From NCBI GenBank assembly GCA_963809535.1, contig CAWEJW010000001.1, positions 617,354 through 681,353 on the forward strand: a stretch of 64,000 nucleotides of DNA, read 5' to 3'. The notes below the pieces were generated by a model, which made no database searches, had not been told where the DNA came from, and worked only from the letters and a program-made list of their open reading frames with translations. Made by a program: the position numbers and the translations under genes. Positions within the stretch are counted from its first letter, which is position 1. The number at the start of each line of letters is the position of its first letter. This document shows, piece by piece, positions 1-10,230 of this stretch. This stretch comes from an uncultured Actinomycetes bacterium (lineage in GTDB: Bacteria > Actinomycetota > Coriobacteriia > Anaerosomatales > CAVRZR01).

Positions 1-479
1 CCTCGAGCGTCGATCTGCGTCTCGGGTCGGACTTCCAGGTCTTTCGCAACTCACGCTATCCCTACATCGACCCGGGCAGAGAGCAGGCCGGGCTGACCGA
101 GCGGGTCGACGCTTCGCTTGAGGAGCCCTTCGTGCTCCACCCGGGGGAGTTCGTCTTGGGCACGACTGTGGAACAGATCACGCTGCCTGACGACATCGTC
201 GCGCGGCTCGAGGGGAAGTCATCGCTCGGCCGACTCGGGCTGCTGATCCACTCGACGGCAGGGTACGTCGATCCGGGGTGGACCGGGCGCCTCACGCTCG
301 AGCTTAGCAACGTGGCGAACCTGCCGATCGTGCTCACGCCGGGCATGAAGATCGGGCAGATCTCTTTCGCGCAGATGACGACTTCGGTCAACAGGCCCTA
401 CGGCTCGCCCGAACTCGGCAGCAAGTACCAGGGGCAGCAGGAGGCGACTCCCAGCAAGGCGTTCCTGAATAGCGAGTAG
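1..479 (+). CDS. dcd: dCTP deaminase (5' end outside window)
   Basis: Frame 3 is open from the window edge. Translation SVDLRLG..FQVFRN...[58 protein letters not shown] matches the dCTP deaminase (dUTPase-fold) signature. Confidence 0.85.
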   Translation, partial: SSVDLRLGSDFQVFRNSRYPYIDPGREQAGLTERVDASLEEPFVLHPGEFVLGTTVEQITLPDDIVARLEGKSSLGRLGLLIHSTAGYVDPGWTGRLTLELSNVANLPIVLTPGMKIGQISFAQMTTSVNRPYGSPELGSKYQGQQEATPSKAFLNSE

Positions 480-482
480 CTG

Positions 483-1577
483 TTAGAGACCCCTTGTGAC
501 CTTGGACACCAGTGGGGTGGGGACGAACCCCGCGACATACTTGCCCGTCGAGGACTCCATGAACGGAAGCCATTTGAGCTTCCGGCGAATGTTGCGCGCG
601 ATGTGCTCGCTGCTCTTGGCGTACGCTTCTAGCGCATTGTCTGGCGCGTTGTTGGCGATAGCCTCGCCGGCGAGGCGTCCCGCGTTGAGCGCGTAGGAGA
701 TGCCCTCGCCCGACGTTGGGGACATGAAGCCGGCGGCCTCGCCCGCAAGGAGCACTCGGCCCCTTCCGGGAACGACATCCTCAGCTGAGCGCACCGACAG
801 GGCTACGCAGGCCTCCCGCTTCACTGCCTGGCCCAACTGCGGGAGTCGCGTCCTCAGCATGGAGAGCACAATGTCCTGCTTCTCGTGCGGCCGGTTGGTC
901 TTCGGGTAGAAGACCGATCCAACGATTGCGACGTCGCCCTTCGGGACGACGTATGCGTATCCGAAACTGTCGCCAATGTTGCGCATGTAGATGCAGTCGA
1001 AGTACGGCTCGATTTCATCGCCCAGACAGCAGAAGTCCTGGAGGGTGACGTACGTGGCGACGGATCCCACACCGAGCGTACGTCGCACCGTGGAGCGGGC
1101 ACCGTCGGCACCCACCAGGTTCTCGCAGCGCAGCGTCCTGACACCCGAGGGATCCTTCAGCGCGACCGTCACGCCGGAGGGATCCTGCTCGAAGCCGACC
1201 ACGGGTGCGGAGGGCGCGAGCTCGACGGTGTCGGGGAGCAGATCGAGCAGCCATTCGTCGAATCCCACGCGGTCGACGTTCAGGAACTTCAGCCCCGTGG
1301 GCTTGCGGATCTGCCGGTCCCAGTCGACGTAGCGGAACCAGACGAATCGCGGTTCGCGGATCAGATCCGCGGGCAGGTCGCCGTAGGGTGACAGGAACTC
1401 CTGGGCGTACTCGTTGAGCATTCCCCCGCAACTCTTGTCACGAGGAATGGCCGAAGAGTCGACGAGTAGCACGCGCCCACGCTGCGACGCGCCGAGGGCG
1501 GCCATACACCCCGCAGGGCCGGCGCCGACCACGATGGTGTCGTAGCTCAGTGTGCTCGGATTCACGGGCGAAACCAT
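483..1577 (-). CDS. FAD-dependent oxidoreductase, geranylgeranyl-reductase-like
   Basis: N-terminal Rossmann motif YDTIVVGAGPAGC. C-terminal GEAAGFMSPTSGEGISYAL is typical of the GG-reductase/FixC-like flavoprotein family. Confidence 0.7.
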   Translation of the reverse strand: MVSPVNPSTLSYDTIVVGAGPAGCMAALGASQRGRVLLVDSSAIPRDKSCGGMLNEYAQEFLSPYGDLPADLIREPRFVWFRYVDWDRQIRKPTGLKFLNVDRVGFDEWLLDLLPDTVELAPSAPVVGFEQDPSGVTVALKDPSGVRTLRCENLVGADGARSTVRRTLGVGSVATYVTLQDFCCLGDEIEPYFDCIYMRNIGDSFGYAYVVPKGDVAIVGSVFYPKTNRPHEKQDIVLSMLRTRLPQLGQAVKREACVALSVRSAEDVVPGRGRVLLAGEAAGFMSPTSGEGISYALNAGRLAGEAIANNAPDNALEAYAKSSEHIARNIRRKLKWLPFMESSTGKYVAGFVPTPLVSKVTRGL

Positions 1578-1703
1578 GACTCGGAAGGATACAGCATTGT
1601 CTGAGCCGCGCGTCTTCGAACGCGCGAGCTGCGTGGCGCTCGGGTCGACAACTCTGCCGTTCGATGGTCTTACGTATTCGCTCAGGTGCCCGAGATGGTG
1701 CGG

Positions 1704-1709
1704 TAGAAT
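1704..1709 (+). promoter_or_regulatory. -10-like hexamer TAGAAT upstream of the Cys-rich ORF
   Basis: TAGAAT lies 44 nt upstream of ATG 1753, and GGAGGA is 6 nt before the ATG. The same TAGAAT hexamer recurs before several genes in this window. Confidence 0.35.
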
Positions 1710-1752
1710 CTGACGCGCGCCGCTCGGCGTCGGTCGTGACTGGAGGACTCGA

Positions 1753-2028
1753 ATGGCCCGGTGCTGGGAACGACGCGGATGCGATGAAGAGATGCAGGCC
1801 GACTGCCCTCACGCGAGCGAGCCAGGGGACAGATGCCCGACGAAGTGTGCCTATGCGCGGTGCGACCGGCCCACTCACGAGCTGACTGTCGATCCGGAGC
1901 TGGTGTTCGACCCTGATGTCGACAGGGACGCGGCCATACGCGAGCAGTGCCTCTACTGCGCCTTCTTCCTCCAGCACGGGCCGCGTGCAGCCCCACCCGA
2001 GACACGCCGCCCGACCGCAGAGGTATAG
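1753..2028 (+). CDS. small Cys-rich protein (8 Cys), function unknown
   Basis: SD GGAGGA upstream. N-terminus is MARCWERRGCDEEMQADCPH...RCPTKCAYARC plus a distal CLYC. See findings. Confidence 0.55.
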   Translation: MARCWERRGCDEEMQADCPHASEPGDRCPTKCAYARCDRPTHELTVDPELVFDPDVDRDAAIREQCLYCAFFLQHGPRAAPPETRRPTAEV

Positions 2029-2119
2029 CCTTCGCGCGCTAGACCCCGACGAGGGCGGGAACGTACTTTCATAGCGCGGGCGGCCCGACCCCCGCGCACC
2101 GACGTCCAGGAGGCCTCGG

Positions 2120-2347
2120 ATGCAACCCTATTACTATCGTCTTCAGGATCCCGACACTGTCTACGGCCTGCTCCGCGATCTGTTCCTTGCGGCGGCGATC
2201 ACGTGCTTCCTTGGCGCGCTGCGTGAGATTGCTGGCAGCTTGATGTTCGCGGGTCGGATCAAGGCGCTGGACAAATACGGCGACGCCTACACCCCCGAGG
2301 AGCGCGAAGCCCTCATCCACAAGATCAAGGTCCGGTCGATCCGCTAG
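2120..2347 (+). CDS. small hypothetical protein with one hydrophobic segment
   Basis: AGGAGG sits 6 nt upstream of the ATG. 75 aa with a hydrophobic core LFLAAAITCFLGAL. No family recognised. Confidence 0.5.
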   Translation: MQPYYYRLQDPDTVYGLLRDLFLAAAITCFLGALREIAGSLMFAGRIKALDKYGDAYTPEEREALIHKIKVRSIR

Positions 2348-2356
2348 CACTGGTCG

Positions 2357-3130
2357 ATGAGCTGGGATTCGGTCGCGCGGGAGCTTCTGCTTTTCGGCAG
2401 ACAACTCGAGGAGAAGGGCGCTGCCCAGACCGGTGATGCCTTTACGGGCATCCCAGAGGCGGACGAGCTGCTGCGCTCGAATGCGACTGCATTCGTTCTC
2501 GGCATCCTTTTCACGCAAGGGATCCCCGCCGAGCGTGCGTGGGCCGGCCCATATCTCCTGCGCGAGCGGTTGGGACACCTCGACCTCGAGCGCCTGGCTG
2601 CTGAGCCCGATAGTGTGCGCTCGGCGGTGCAACAGCCTCCTATGCTGCACCGATTCAAGAACACACTCCCGCACTGGATCTCCTCGGCTGCCTGGCGGAT
2701 CCTCGAGGAATACGAGGGAGATGCTTCAGAGATCTGGCGGCCGGGAAGCTCCGTCATCGATGTGACCGAGCGGCTGAGCGCATTTAGCGGCATCGGCCGC
2801 AAGAAGGCCGTGATGGCCGCAGAGATCCTCTGGCGTCACTTCGGCGCTTCGCTCGACGGACGCGAGCATGGGCAGGTTGCCTACGACGTGCACGTGCGCC
2901 GCGTGTTCCTTCGCGCAGGGCTCGTCGAGCGTGACTCCATCGAGGCGATCGAGGCTGCGGCAGCCGCGGTCTGCCCCGAGGCACCGGGCACGCTCGATCT
3001 TGCCGCGTGGCTCGTGGGTCGGGAAAGCTGCCGGCCGAGGGCTCCCCTGTGCGAGGCGTGCAGACTCGGATCGGTCTGCCCGCGTCGAACGTGGATCGCT
3101 GTCGAAGGGGTTGGAGCGCGCCGTGGCTAG
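2357..3130 (+). CDS. HhH-GPD / endonuclease III-like protein with [4Fe-4S] cluster loop
   Basis: SGIGRKKA helix-hairpin-helix-like segment. C-terminal C-x6-C-x2-C-x5-C (CRPRAPLCEACRLGSVC) is the Fe-S cluster loop spacing of the EndoIII/MutY superfamily. Confidence 0.6.
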   Translation: MSWDSVARELLLFGRQLEEKGAAQTGDAFTGIPEADELLRSNATAFVLGILFTQGIPAERAWAGPYLLRERLGHLDLERLAAEPDSVRSAVQQPPMLHRFKNTLPHWISSAAWRILEEYEGDASEIWRPGSSVIDVTERLSAFSGIGRKKAVMAAEILWRHFGASLDGREHGQVAYDVHVRRVFLRAGLVERDSIEAIEAAAAAVCPEAPGTLDLAAWLVGRESCRPRAPLCEACRLGSVCPRRTWIAVEGVGARRG

Positions 3131-3136
3131 GGCGCC

Positions 3137-4540
3137 TCAAGCGAGCGAGCGCATCACGAGACCGGAGAGCAGCTTCGGGTAGAAGTACGTGGACTTCTGT
3201 GGCATCGTCTCGCCCGCCAGCGCGACGTCGCGCAACTGCTGCATCCGAGTGGGGCGCAGGACGAAGACGACGTCGTGGGCGCTCCCCATCTTCAGCGCCT
3301 CGTGCGCGTCCTTCACGAAGGTCAGACGATCCAGCGTCTCCGGGCGGTCCGGGTGGATGTCCAGGAGTGGAGAGAGCACGAGCTCCTGCAGGACCGCGAC
3401 GTCGAGGTGCTTCCATGCCGAGGACAACGCCAGGGGGATCGCTCGGTCGAGGTCGACGTCGTCACGCAAGCGCACGAGGCGTCGTCTCCCGTCACGCGTC
3501 TGCACAATGAAGCTGATCGGCTCGTCAGGGCGCAGGGCGTCCGCCGGGTGCCCGGGAGGCAACTCTCCGACCTCGAAGTGCTCGGTGAGCCCTTGCCAGA
3601 ACTGGTCGGTATCGAAATCCGCTGCGGCGTCTGCCACGCGATGGGTCGGAAGGACGGCGAGCTCGGGATCGTCCATGTTCGCGAGTGCCATCATCACGAA
3701 GTCGTAGGGCGGCTCGTCGGCGAGCGTCCGAATGCTGTGCGTCACGCCGGAGTCGTCGGTTGGATCGACTGCTGCGTCACAGCGGTTGACGGCCGCAGCG
3801 CGTCGTTCGTCGCGGTACGTGAGGGCCGTCAAGTAGCGATGGTGGCCGTCGGCGATGAAGATCTGCGCCCCGCTGAAGAGACTCTCCAGACGCCGGATCG
3901 TATTCTCATCCGTGAGCGTCCACAGCCGGTTTTCGACACCATCGTCGCCTAGTGCATGCTCCAGCGGCCGGCCGCTCATCGTCTGCTCGAGGATCTCCGA
4001 GGTCTCGAGGTTCGGGTCGGAGAAGAGCCCGAAGACGGGGCTGAAGTTGGCCGCGCACGCGCGCGTGAGGCTGAGGCGATCGTCGAGCGTCTTCGGCAGG
4101 GTGCGCTCGTGCGGGAGAACGACGGCATCGTCGAAACGCTCGAGGCCGACTGCCGCGATGAGCGCGACGCGGCGGGCTTCAGCGTCTCCGCGCATCCAAC
4201 GTTGTTCCAGCACGTAGATACCGGCGTCGGCATCCTGGGCCACAACACCCTCCCGCCGCCACTTCTCCCAACGCGATGCGCCCGTTGCGTAGCGGTTGTT
4301 CGGCAGAGTCGAGTCGAGTGGACCCTCGGGAAGCTCCAGCGCGACGACGTTGTGGGCGCTGCGTCCGAGCAGCTCCGCGCGCTTAGCTTCACCGACGACA
4401 TCGTACGGCGGCGCCGTGAGCGGTGTGATGTCGACAGACGGGCTCGCGTATCTGAAGCCGCGGAACGAGCGGACGCGGGCCAACGTCTCAGTCCTTTCGG
4501 CTGGCAAGCGAAGGGATGCGGGAGGGGTGTCGTGAGTCAT
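3137..4540 (-). CDS. DUF1015 family protein
   Basis: N-terminal SFRGFRYA motif, 467 aa length and ADGHHRY motif are typical of DUF1015. Confidence 0.75.
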   Translation of the reverse strand: MTHDTPPASLRLPAERTETLARVRSFRGFRYASPSVDITPLTAPPYDVVGEAKRAELLGRSAHNVVALELPEGPLDSTLPNNRYATGASRWEKWRREGVVAQDADAGIYVLEQRWMRGDAEARRVALIAAVGLERFDDAVVLPHERTLPKTLDDRLSLTRACAANFSPVFGLFSDPNLETSEILEQTMSGRPLEHALGDDGVENRLWTLTDENTIRRLESLFSGAQIFIADGHHRYLTALTYRDERRAAAVNRCDAAVDPTDDSGVTHSIRTLADEPPYDFVMMALANMDDPELAVLPTHRVADAAADFDTDQFWQGLTEHFEVGELPPGHPADALRPDEPISFIVQTRDGRRRLVRLRDDVDLDRAIPLALSSAWKHLDVAVLQELVLSPLLDIHPDRPETLDRLTFVKDAHEALKMGSAHDVVFVLRPTRMQQLRDVALAGETMPQKSTYFYPKLLSGLVMRSLA

Positions 4541-4616
4541 AGCAGTCTAGCGCAGGGAGTTGGTGGGCCGCCAGGCTCGAAGCGTGCCCGTCCACCTACG
4601 TGCGAGTGATGTGCCC

Positions 4617-4946
4617 TCAGGCGCCCAACAGGGCGCGAACGATCACGAATGAGATCATGCCGATCACTGTCGCGCCGAGGAAGCTCCTCGTTACACGGTA
4701 GGCGAGCGCCGTTACGGCGCACGCGATCACCCACGGGTTGGACCACGGGACGATGAACTCGCCTCCGGGCCGCACCACGGTGTTGGCCACCAGCGCTCCC
4801 ATCACCGAGACGGGAATGAACTCCAGCCAGCGCATGACCGGCGTCGGGAGTTCGACGCGCGAGACCGCGGCGATCGGTAGGAACCGGATCAAGAAGTTCA
4901 ACACGGCCATCCCGATGATGACGCCCCAGACGACGGAGTCGCTCAT
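4617..4946 (-). CDS. azlD: AzlD-type branched-chain amino acid transport protein
   Basis: 109-aa polytopic hydrophobic protein directly downstream of an AzlC-like gene and overlapping it by 4 nt. Confidence 0.7.
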   Translation of the reverse strand: MSDSVVWGVIIGMAVLNFLIRFLPIAAVSRVELPTPVMRWLEFIPVSVMGALVANTVVRPGGEFIVPWSNPWVIACAVTALAYRVTRSFLGATVIGMISFVIVRALLGA

Positions 4947-5668
4947 CGGAAGATCACCGCTCCGAGCGTCGCGGCGATCATGGAGGCGACGACGACATAC
5001 CAGCTCGGCGGGATCGCGATGCCAATGGTCTGCAGCACCGGCAGGGCGATCACGATGGCCGCTCCGAGGAGACCGATCAGGACCTGACGGCGGTTCTCTG
5101 CGAGTGCGACGAACAAGGCGGTGAACATTGCGGGCATGGCGAACTCAACGCCGAACCGATTGGGATCGCCGATGAGACCCGCGAACGCAGCACCCAGAGC
5201 CGTCCCCAGCACCCACCCCGTCCAGGCAATCGCGCCGACGCCTGCCATCGAGCGCCACGTGGCGCGCCCCTCGCGCAAGTCGGTGATGTTGACGGCGAAC
5301 GTCTCGTCGGTGAGCGAGAACGCGAGGATCCCCTGGACACGCGCGGGCGCGGTGCGAAGGTAGGGCGAGATCGTGCTGCCGAACAGGAGGTATCGCAGGT
5401 TGACCACCGAGGTGGCGATGAGCACCGCGGCGACCGTCCCAGTGGTCTTGATGACTTCGAGAGCGATGAACTGGCCGGCGCCCGCCAGTGCTGTGGCCGA
5501 GCAGACGGTGGCCTCGAAGACGGAGAATCCGATCGTTCGCGCGAGGATTCCGAAGGCCATGCCTGCGGGCACATAGCCGAGGAATATCGGGAATCCAAGT
5601 CTGATCCCCCGAAGCAGGGCACCGGGTTCCTTGGCTCCACGCGTGTCCTCTAAGGGGCCGTCGGGCAT
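4943..5668 (-). CDS. azlC: AzlC family branched-chain amino acid permease component
   Basis: Motifs GFPIFLGYVPAGMAFG, AGAGQF and SLTDETF. Start placed at the internal ATG (MPDGPLE), as the longer ORF start is less likely. Confidence 0.75.
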   Translation of the reverse strand: MPDGPLEDTRGAKEPGALLRGIRLGFPIFLGYVPAGMAFGILARTIGFSVFEATVCSATALAGAGQFIALEVIKTTGTVAAVLIATSVVNLRYLLFGSTISPYLRTAPARVQGILAFSLTDETFAVNITDLREGRATWRSMAGVGAIAWTGWVLGTALGAAFAGLIGDPNRFGVEFAMPAMFTALFVALAENRRQVLIGLLGAAIVIALPVLQTIGIAIPPSWYVVVASMIAATLGAVIFR

Positions 5669-5786
5669 GCGCGGAATGGTAGCACGTGGCGTATTTCTTG
5701 CGAGCACGCGAATCAACGGTGGAGCCGCGCCTGCCAACGGGAGTACACTCTAGGCAAGGGGCATCCGCCGCGAGGAGGCGACTGCA

Positions 5787-6155
5787 ATGGAGTTCACGAT
5801 CACGTGCCCCAACGACGGCCCGGTCGAGGTCTCGATCGAGGACGTTGACACGGTCGTGCTCCAGGAGCCCGAGCGCGCTGAGATCGTGTTCACCTGCCCC
5901 CACTGCGGCGAGCCCATCACGGTGCAGCTTGTCATCCCGAGCTTCCTCATGGCGGCCATCGAGGCGATGGCCGAGGACGGCGACGGCCACCCCCCCATAG
6001 CCGGCCTGGTCGCCCTCGTTTCGGAAGACACGATCGTTGTGGAAGAGGCGCGCGCAGAGAACGATTCAGTGATCGAGGCCTACTGCGAGTACTTCCACCG
6101 GCAGCTTGACGAGGTCGACTGCGCCGACGACGCGATCTCGGAGATGGACGCCTAG
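5787..6155 (+). CDS. hypothetical protein with CPxx...CPHC zinc-ribbon-like pair
   Basis: GAGGAGG SD upstream. CPND(x29)CPHCG followed by an acidic tail. No family recognised. Confidence 0.5.
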   Translation: MEFTITCPNDGPVEVSIEDVDTVVLQEPERAEIVFTCPHCGEPITVQLVIPSFLMAAIEAMAEDGDGHPPIAGLVALVSEDTIVVEEARAENDSVIEAYCEYFHRQLDEVDCADDAISEMDA

Positions 6156-6325
6156 GTCCCGCAGTCCGTCGCTCTCTTCCTTCTGAGGCATCCGCCCACA
6201 AACGCGAGCGCGCCGTTCCCTTCTGCTACCATCAAGTGCGCGCGCCTGGAGCGCACTCGTTCGCCGATGTTCGAGCGAGGACATGTCGCCTGATGGGCGA
6301 CTGAGAAAGCGAGGAGGCACGAGAG

Positions 6326-6883
6326 ATGCCGTTCGTCTTCGGGGCGATTGCATTGATCGTCGTTATTGCCGCCTTTGGCCTGATTGCCATCTACAACCGC
6401 CTCATCGTGCTAAGGAACCGTGTTGACAACTCGTGGTCGCAGATCGATGTGCAGCTGCGCCGTAGGTACGACCTGATCCCCAATCTCGTGGAGACGGTCA
6501 AGGGCTACGCCTCGCATGAGAAAGAGACCTTCGAGCGCGTGACGCAAGCGCGCAACATGGCCATCAACGCGCAAACGGTCAAGGAGCAAGGCGAGGCCGA
6601 GAACATGCTGACCGGGGCACTGAAGAGCTTGTTCGCGGTCGCCGAGGCCTACCCCGACCTCAAGGCCAACCAGAACTTCTTGTTGCTGCAGGAGGAGCTC
6701 ACGAACACCGAGGGCAAGATCTCCTATGCGCGGCAGTTCTACAACGACTCCGTCATGAGTTTCAACACCGCGATACAGAGGTTCCCGTCCAACGTCATCG
6801 CCGGGATGTTCGGGTTCACCGGCCGCGAGTACTTCGAGATCGAGGCAGCTGCGGCCGCGCCGGTGACGGTGAACTTCTCATAG
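6326..6883 (+). CDS. lemA: LemA family protein
   Basis: N-terminal TM helix, then [43 protein letters not shown]...ARQFYNDSV, the LemA signature. Confidence 0.85.
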   Translation: MPFVFGAIALIVVIAAFGLIAIYNRLIVLRNRVDNSWSQIDVQLRRRYDLIPNLVETVKGYASHEKETFERVTQARNMAINAQTVKEQGEAENMLTGALKSLFAVAEAYPDLKANQNFLLLQEELTNTEGKISYARQFYNDSVMSFNTAIQRFPSNVIAGMFGFTGREYFEIEAAAAAPVTVNFS

Positions 6884-6935
6884 TCGCACTACTGCGCGCT
6901 CGGCTGTCGCTCTTGTTGTCTGGGCCGGTGCCGCC

Positions 6936-7736
6936 TTGCTAGGCAGCATTGCGTTTCCGAACATCGATCCTGTTCTGGTTCGGATCGGCCCTGTTGTCAT
7001 CCACTGGTACGGCATCGCCTACGTCATCGCGTTCGTGGGCGCCGGACTGGTCGCGCACTACCTGATCAGGCGCTGGGAGCTGCCGCTGACCAACGACGAT
7101 CTGATCGAGATCGTTCTGGCGGCAGTCATCGGAGTCATCGTTGGCGCCAGGGTCGGGTATGTGCTCTTCTACGGCGGCGCCACCTATTGGCGACATCCGC
7201 TCGAGGTCTTTGCGGTATGGGACGGTGGGATGTCGTTCCACGGAGGTCTCGCCGGCATCCTGATCGCCGCGTGGGTCGAGTCCCGCCGCAAACCGGTGAC
7301 GTTCCTGCGCCTCTGCGACATTGGCGCGGTCGGCGCGCCCATCGGCATCTTCTTCGGCCGCCTGGCCAACTTCGTGAACGGCGAGCTCTGGGGACGGCCG
7401 ACGACTCTGCCGTGGGGCGTGGTCTTCCCGGGAGCAGGTCCCCTACCGCGTCACCCCTCACAGCTGTATGAGGCGTTCCTTGAGGGTGCGGTGCTGCTCA
7501 CCGTTCTGTTCGTGCTCGCGCGTCAGAAGCGTCCTGAGGGGGAGATCACCGGCTGGTTCATGGTGCTGTACGGGGTCTTCAGGATCGGCATCGAGTTCCT
7601 CCGACAGCCCGACGCCCAGTTGGGCTTCGTCGTCGGCCCCTTCACCATGGGGCAACTCCTGACTCTGCCGGTCGTCGCATTCGGCGTGTGGCTTCTCTGG
7701 CGTGCGAAGCGTCACTCGAGGAAGACTCAGGAGTAG
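6936..7736 (+). CDS. lgt: prolipoprotein diacylglyceryl transferase
   Basis: Motifs IDPV..IGP..IHWYG, GGMSFHGG, GRLANFVNGELWGRPT and HPSQLYEA. Confidence 0.9.
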   Translation: MLGSIAFPNIDPVLVRIGPVVIHWYGIAYVIAFVGAGLVAHYLIRRWELPLTNDDLIEIVLAAVIGVIVGARVGYVLFYGGATYWRHPLEVFAVWDGGMSFHGGLAGILIAAWVESRRKPVTFLRLCDIGAVGAPIGIFFGRLANFVNGELWGRPTTLPWGVVFPGAGPLPRHPSQLYEAFLEGAVLLTVLFVLARQKRPEGEITGWFMVLYGVFRIGIEFLRQPDAQLGFVVGPFTMGQLLTLPVVAFGVWLLWRAKRHSRKTQE

Positions 7737-7764
7737 CGGCTCGGCGGGCCGTTCTCTGGAAAGT

Positions 7765-7974
7765 CTATCGGGCGGTGGAGCCGATGGGAGTGCGGGACCA
7801 GCAGGGGCCTTGGCGGTCGAAGCAGCGCACGCTCTCGCTCGGACGCAGCTGCCGCGGAGGTGAGCACGCTGTGCAGCAGAATTGCGGGAACGAGCCGATG
7901 AGATCCTTCAGGTCCGGATCGTCATACGGCTGGGCCTCAGGCTGCTCGATCGTGTGGAGTAAGTAGCATGGCAT
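7765..7974 (-). CDS. possible small Cys-rich protein (very uncertain)
   Basis: ORF in an otherwise unexplained 400-bp gap. GC-rich third codon positions, but the opposite-strand frame shows the same bias. No SD seen. Confidence 0.2.
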   Translation of the reverse strand: MPCYLLHTIEQPEAQPYDDPDLKDLIGSFPQFCCTACSPPRQLRPSESVRCFDRQGPCWSRTPIGSTAR

Positions 7975-8140
7975 CGGGCACCGCGTTCGCTTGGGATCCG
8001 TAGGCTGCAGGTCCAAGGGAGATATCGGCACATGCTAGGTGCAGGTTGAAGGCATATGGGCCCCTCTCGGTACGATGTCCGCTAGGGACGGTAGGTCGAC
8101 CTCGACGGCGAAGCACCACCGGCTCCTCAGAGGAGAGCGC

Positions 8141-9205
8141 ATGATACTGACTGGGCGAATAGCGAAGGCTATGATGGCGGTCCTCACGACACTGGTGCTC
8201 GCCGGCACGCTGGCGGCGTGTTCCGGCCAGGCCACGCCAGCCTCCGTCACGTCGGCATGGCCGAGAGCCGACGCTGAGAAGACCGTTTCCAAGCCGGCGT
8301 CGCCACCGCGGTGGCCCCTCACGGGGCTCAACGCCCCCAATGTGGCGTCGACCCAGCGTCGAATCCTGGCGGTCAAGATCGAGAACTCGCCGGCCGCACG
8401 CCCTCAGACAGCGCTCAATCGCGCCGATGTGGTCTACGAGTCGCTCGCCGAGGGTGGCATCACTCGCTTCAACGCGCTGTTCCATTCCCAGGAGCCCGAG
8501 GTCGTCGGCCCGGTCCGCAGCGCACGACTCTCCGACGGCTGGATCGTTCCGCAGTACAACGCGTTGTTCTTCTTCTCCGGCGCCTCGTCCTTCGTTCTCA
8601 GCTCCCTTCGCAAGCTGAGCATCCCTCTCTTCAGCCAGGACCAGGGCATCGGCCGGCCGTACTTCAGATCGAGCGCCAAGGCTGCGCCCCATAACCTGTT
8701 CTTGAGGCCGAACGTGGCTCGCGAGGAAGCGCGAAGGCTGGGATACCCAACGAGACAGACCCTGAAGCCACTGGCCTTCGAACAGCGTGCGGTCTCACCG
8801 ACCCCCACCGTCACACGCATCGATATCCCATTCTCGCCGGCGCAGCGGACGACCTGGACGTACGACCGGGCGAAGAAGGGGTACGTGAGAGCCAACAACG
8901 GCGTTCGGCACATCGATGCGGAGACGGGTCAGCAGGTGCGCGCCCGCAACGTCGTCGTGATGTGGGCACCGATGCGCTCGAGCGGCCATCCAGATAAGTT
9001 CGGGAATACCACGTTCGACATCGTTCTGGGCGGGACGAACAGGGCGTCGGTGTTCCACGACGGTCAGCAATGGGACGGGACCTGGACGGCGAGCAGAAAG
9101 TCGCCGCCGGTCTTCAAGGCCGACGACGGCACGCTCATCAAGCTCGCCCGCGGCACCTCTTGGTTCGAAGTCATCCCGACGAACGTGAACATCTCGTTGA
9201 AGTAG
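8141..9205 (+). CDS. DUF3048-family lipoprotein
   Basis: AGGAGAG SD precedes the internal ATG. Signal peptide with lipobox LAAC. Motifs [34 protein letters not shown] are typical of DUF3048. Confidence 0.75.
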   Translation: MILTGRIAKAMMAVLTTLVLAGTLAACSGQATPASVTSAWPRADAEKTVSKPASPPRWPLTGLNAPNVASTQRRILAVKIENSPAARPQTALNRADVVYESLAEGGITRFNALFHSQEPEVVGPVRSARLSDGWIVPQYNALFFFSGASSFVLSSLRKLSIPLFSQDQGIGRPYFRSSAKAAPHNLFLRPNVAREEARRLGYPTRQTLKPLAFEQRAVSPTPTVTRIDIPFSPAQRTTWTYDRAKKGYVRANNGVRHIDAETGQQVRARNVVVMWAPMRSSGHPDKFGNTTFDIVLGGTNRASVFHDGQQWDGTWTASRKSPPVFKADDGTLIKLARGTSWFEVIPTNVNISLK

Positions 9206-9332
9206 TCAGGGGCGGCGGCGGGTCTCCCGCGGTTGTTGCGTGCGCGAGCGCGCGGGTACAATCGTGGCCTGTATTCGAGACCAACCGGCGAGGGCGGCAG
9301 CAGGCGTCCGGAGCCGAAAGGAGCACATTACT

Positions 9333-10229
9333 GTGGCTGAGAACCAGAGGGAGACTGGCACGCTCAGGGTGAAGACCGGCCTGGCCGAGATGCTCAAAGG
9401 CGGCGTCATCATGGACGTCGTGACTGCGGATCAGGCCAAGGTTGCCGAGGATGCCGGCGCCGTCGCGGTCATGTCGCTCGAGCGGGTGCCCGCCGACATC
9501 CGCGCGGCCGGCGGCGTTGCCCGCATGGCCGACCCCACCAGAGTGGTGGAGATCCTTGAGGCGGTGAGCATCCCGGTCATGGCGAAGTGCCGCATCGGGC
9601 ATTTCGTGGAGGCACAAGTCCTTCAGTCCCTCGGCGTTGACTACATCGACGAGTCCGAAGTCCTCACTCCCGCCGACGAGCAGTATCACGTCAACAAGTG
9701 GGACTTCACGGTGCCTTTTGTGTGCGGCTGCAGGGACTTGGGTGAGGCACTGCGCCGGATCGCCGAAGGTGCGGCGATGGTGCGCACGAAGGGGGAGCCC
9801 GGAACCGGCAACGTGGTCGAGGCCGTCCGGCACATGCGCACGGTCACAGACGGGATCGCCTGGGTGGCAGGGCTTCGCGAGGAGCAGCTCTTTGACGCTG
9901 CCAAGACACTTGACGCGCCGTATGAGCTCGTCAAATGGGTGCACGACAACGGCAAGCTCCCCGTGGTGAACTTCTCAGCGGGCGGCATCGCGACGCCTGC
10001 TGACGCGGCACTCATGATGCAGCTCGGCTGCGACGGTGTGTTCGTCGGTAGCGGCATCTTCAAGAGCGGCGACCCGTCCAAGCGCGCGAAAGCCATCGTG
10101 GAGGCCACGACGCATTTCCGTGATCCTGCTGTCATCGCTTCGGTGTCGCGCGACCTCGGCGAAGCGATGGTGGGCATCAACATCTCAGAGATCCCTGAGT
10201 CCGAACGCATGCAGGAACGGGGCTGGTAG
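9333..10229 (+). CDS. pdxS: pyridoxal 5'-phosphate synthase lyase subunit PdxS
   Basis: Motifs [38 protein letters not shown] and [17 protein letters not shown] start with AAAGGAG upstream. Confidence 0.95.
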   Translation: MAENQRETGTLRVKTGLAEMLKGGVIMDVVTADQAKVAEDAGAVAVMSLERVPADIRAAGGVARMADPTRVVEILEAVSIPVMAKCRIGHFVEAQVLQSLGVDYIDESEVLTPADEQYHVNKWDFTVPFVCGCRDLGEALRRIAEGAAMVRTKGEPGTGNVVEAVRHMRTVTDGIAWVAGLREEQLFDAAKTLDAPYELVKWVHDNGKLPVVNFSAGGIATPADAALMMQLGCDGVFVGSGIFKSGDPSKRAKAIVEATTHFRDPAVIASVSRDLGEAMVGINISEIPESERMQERGW

Positions 10230-10230
10230 C

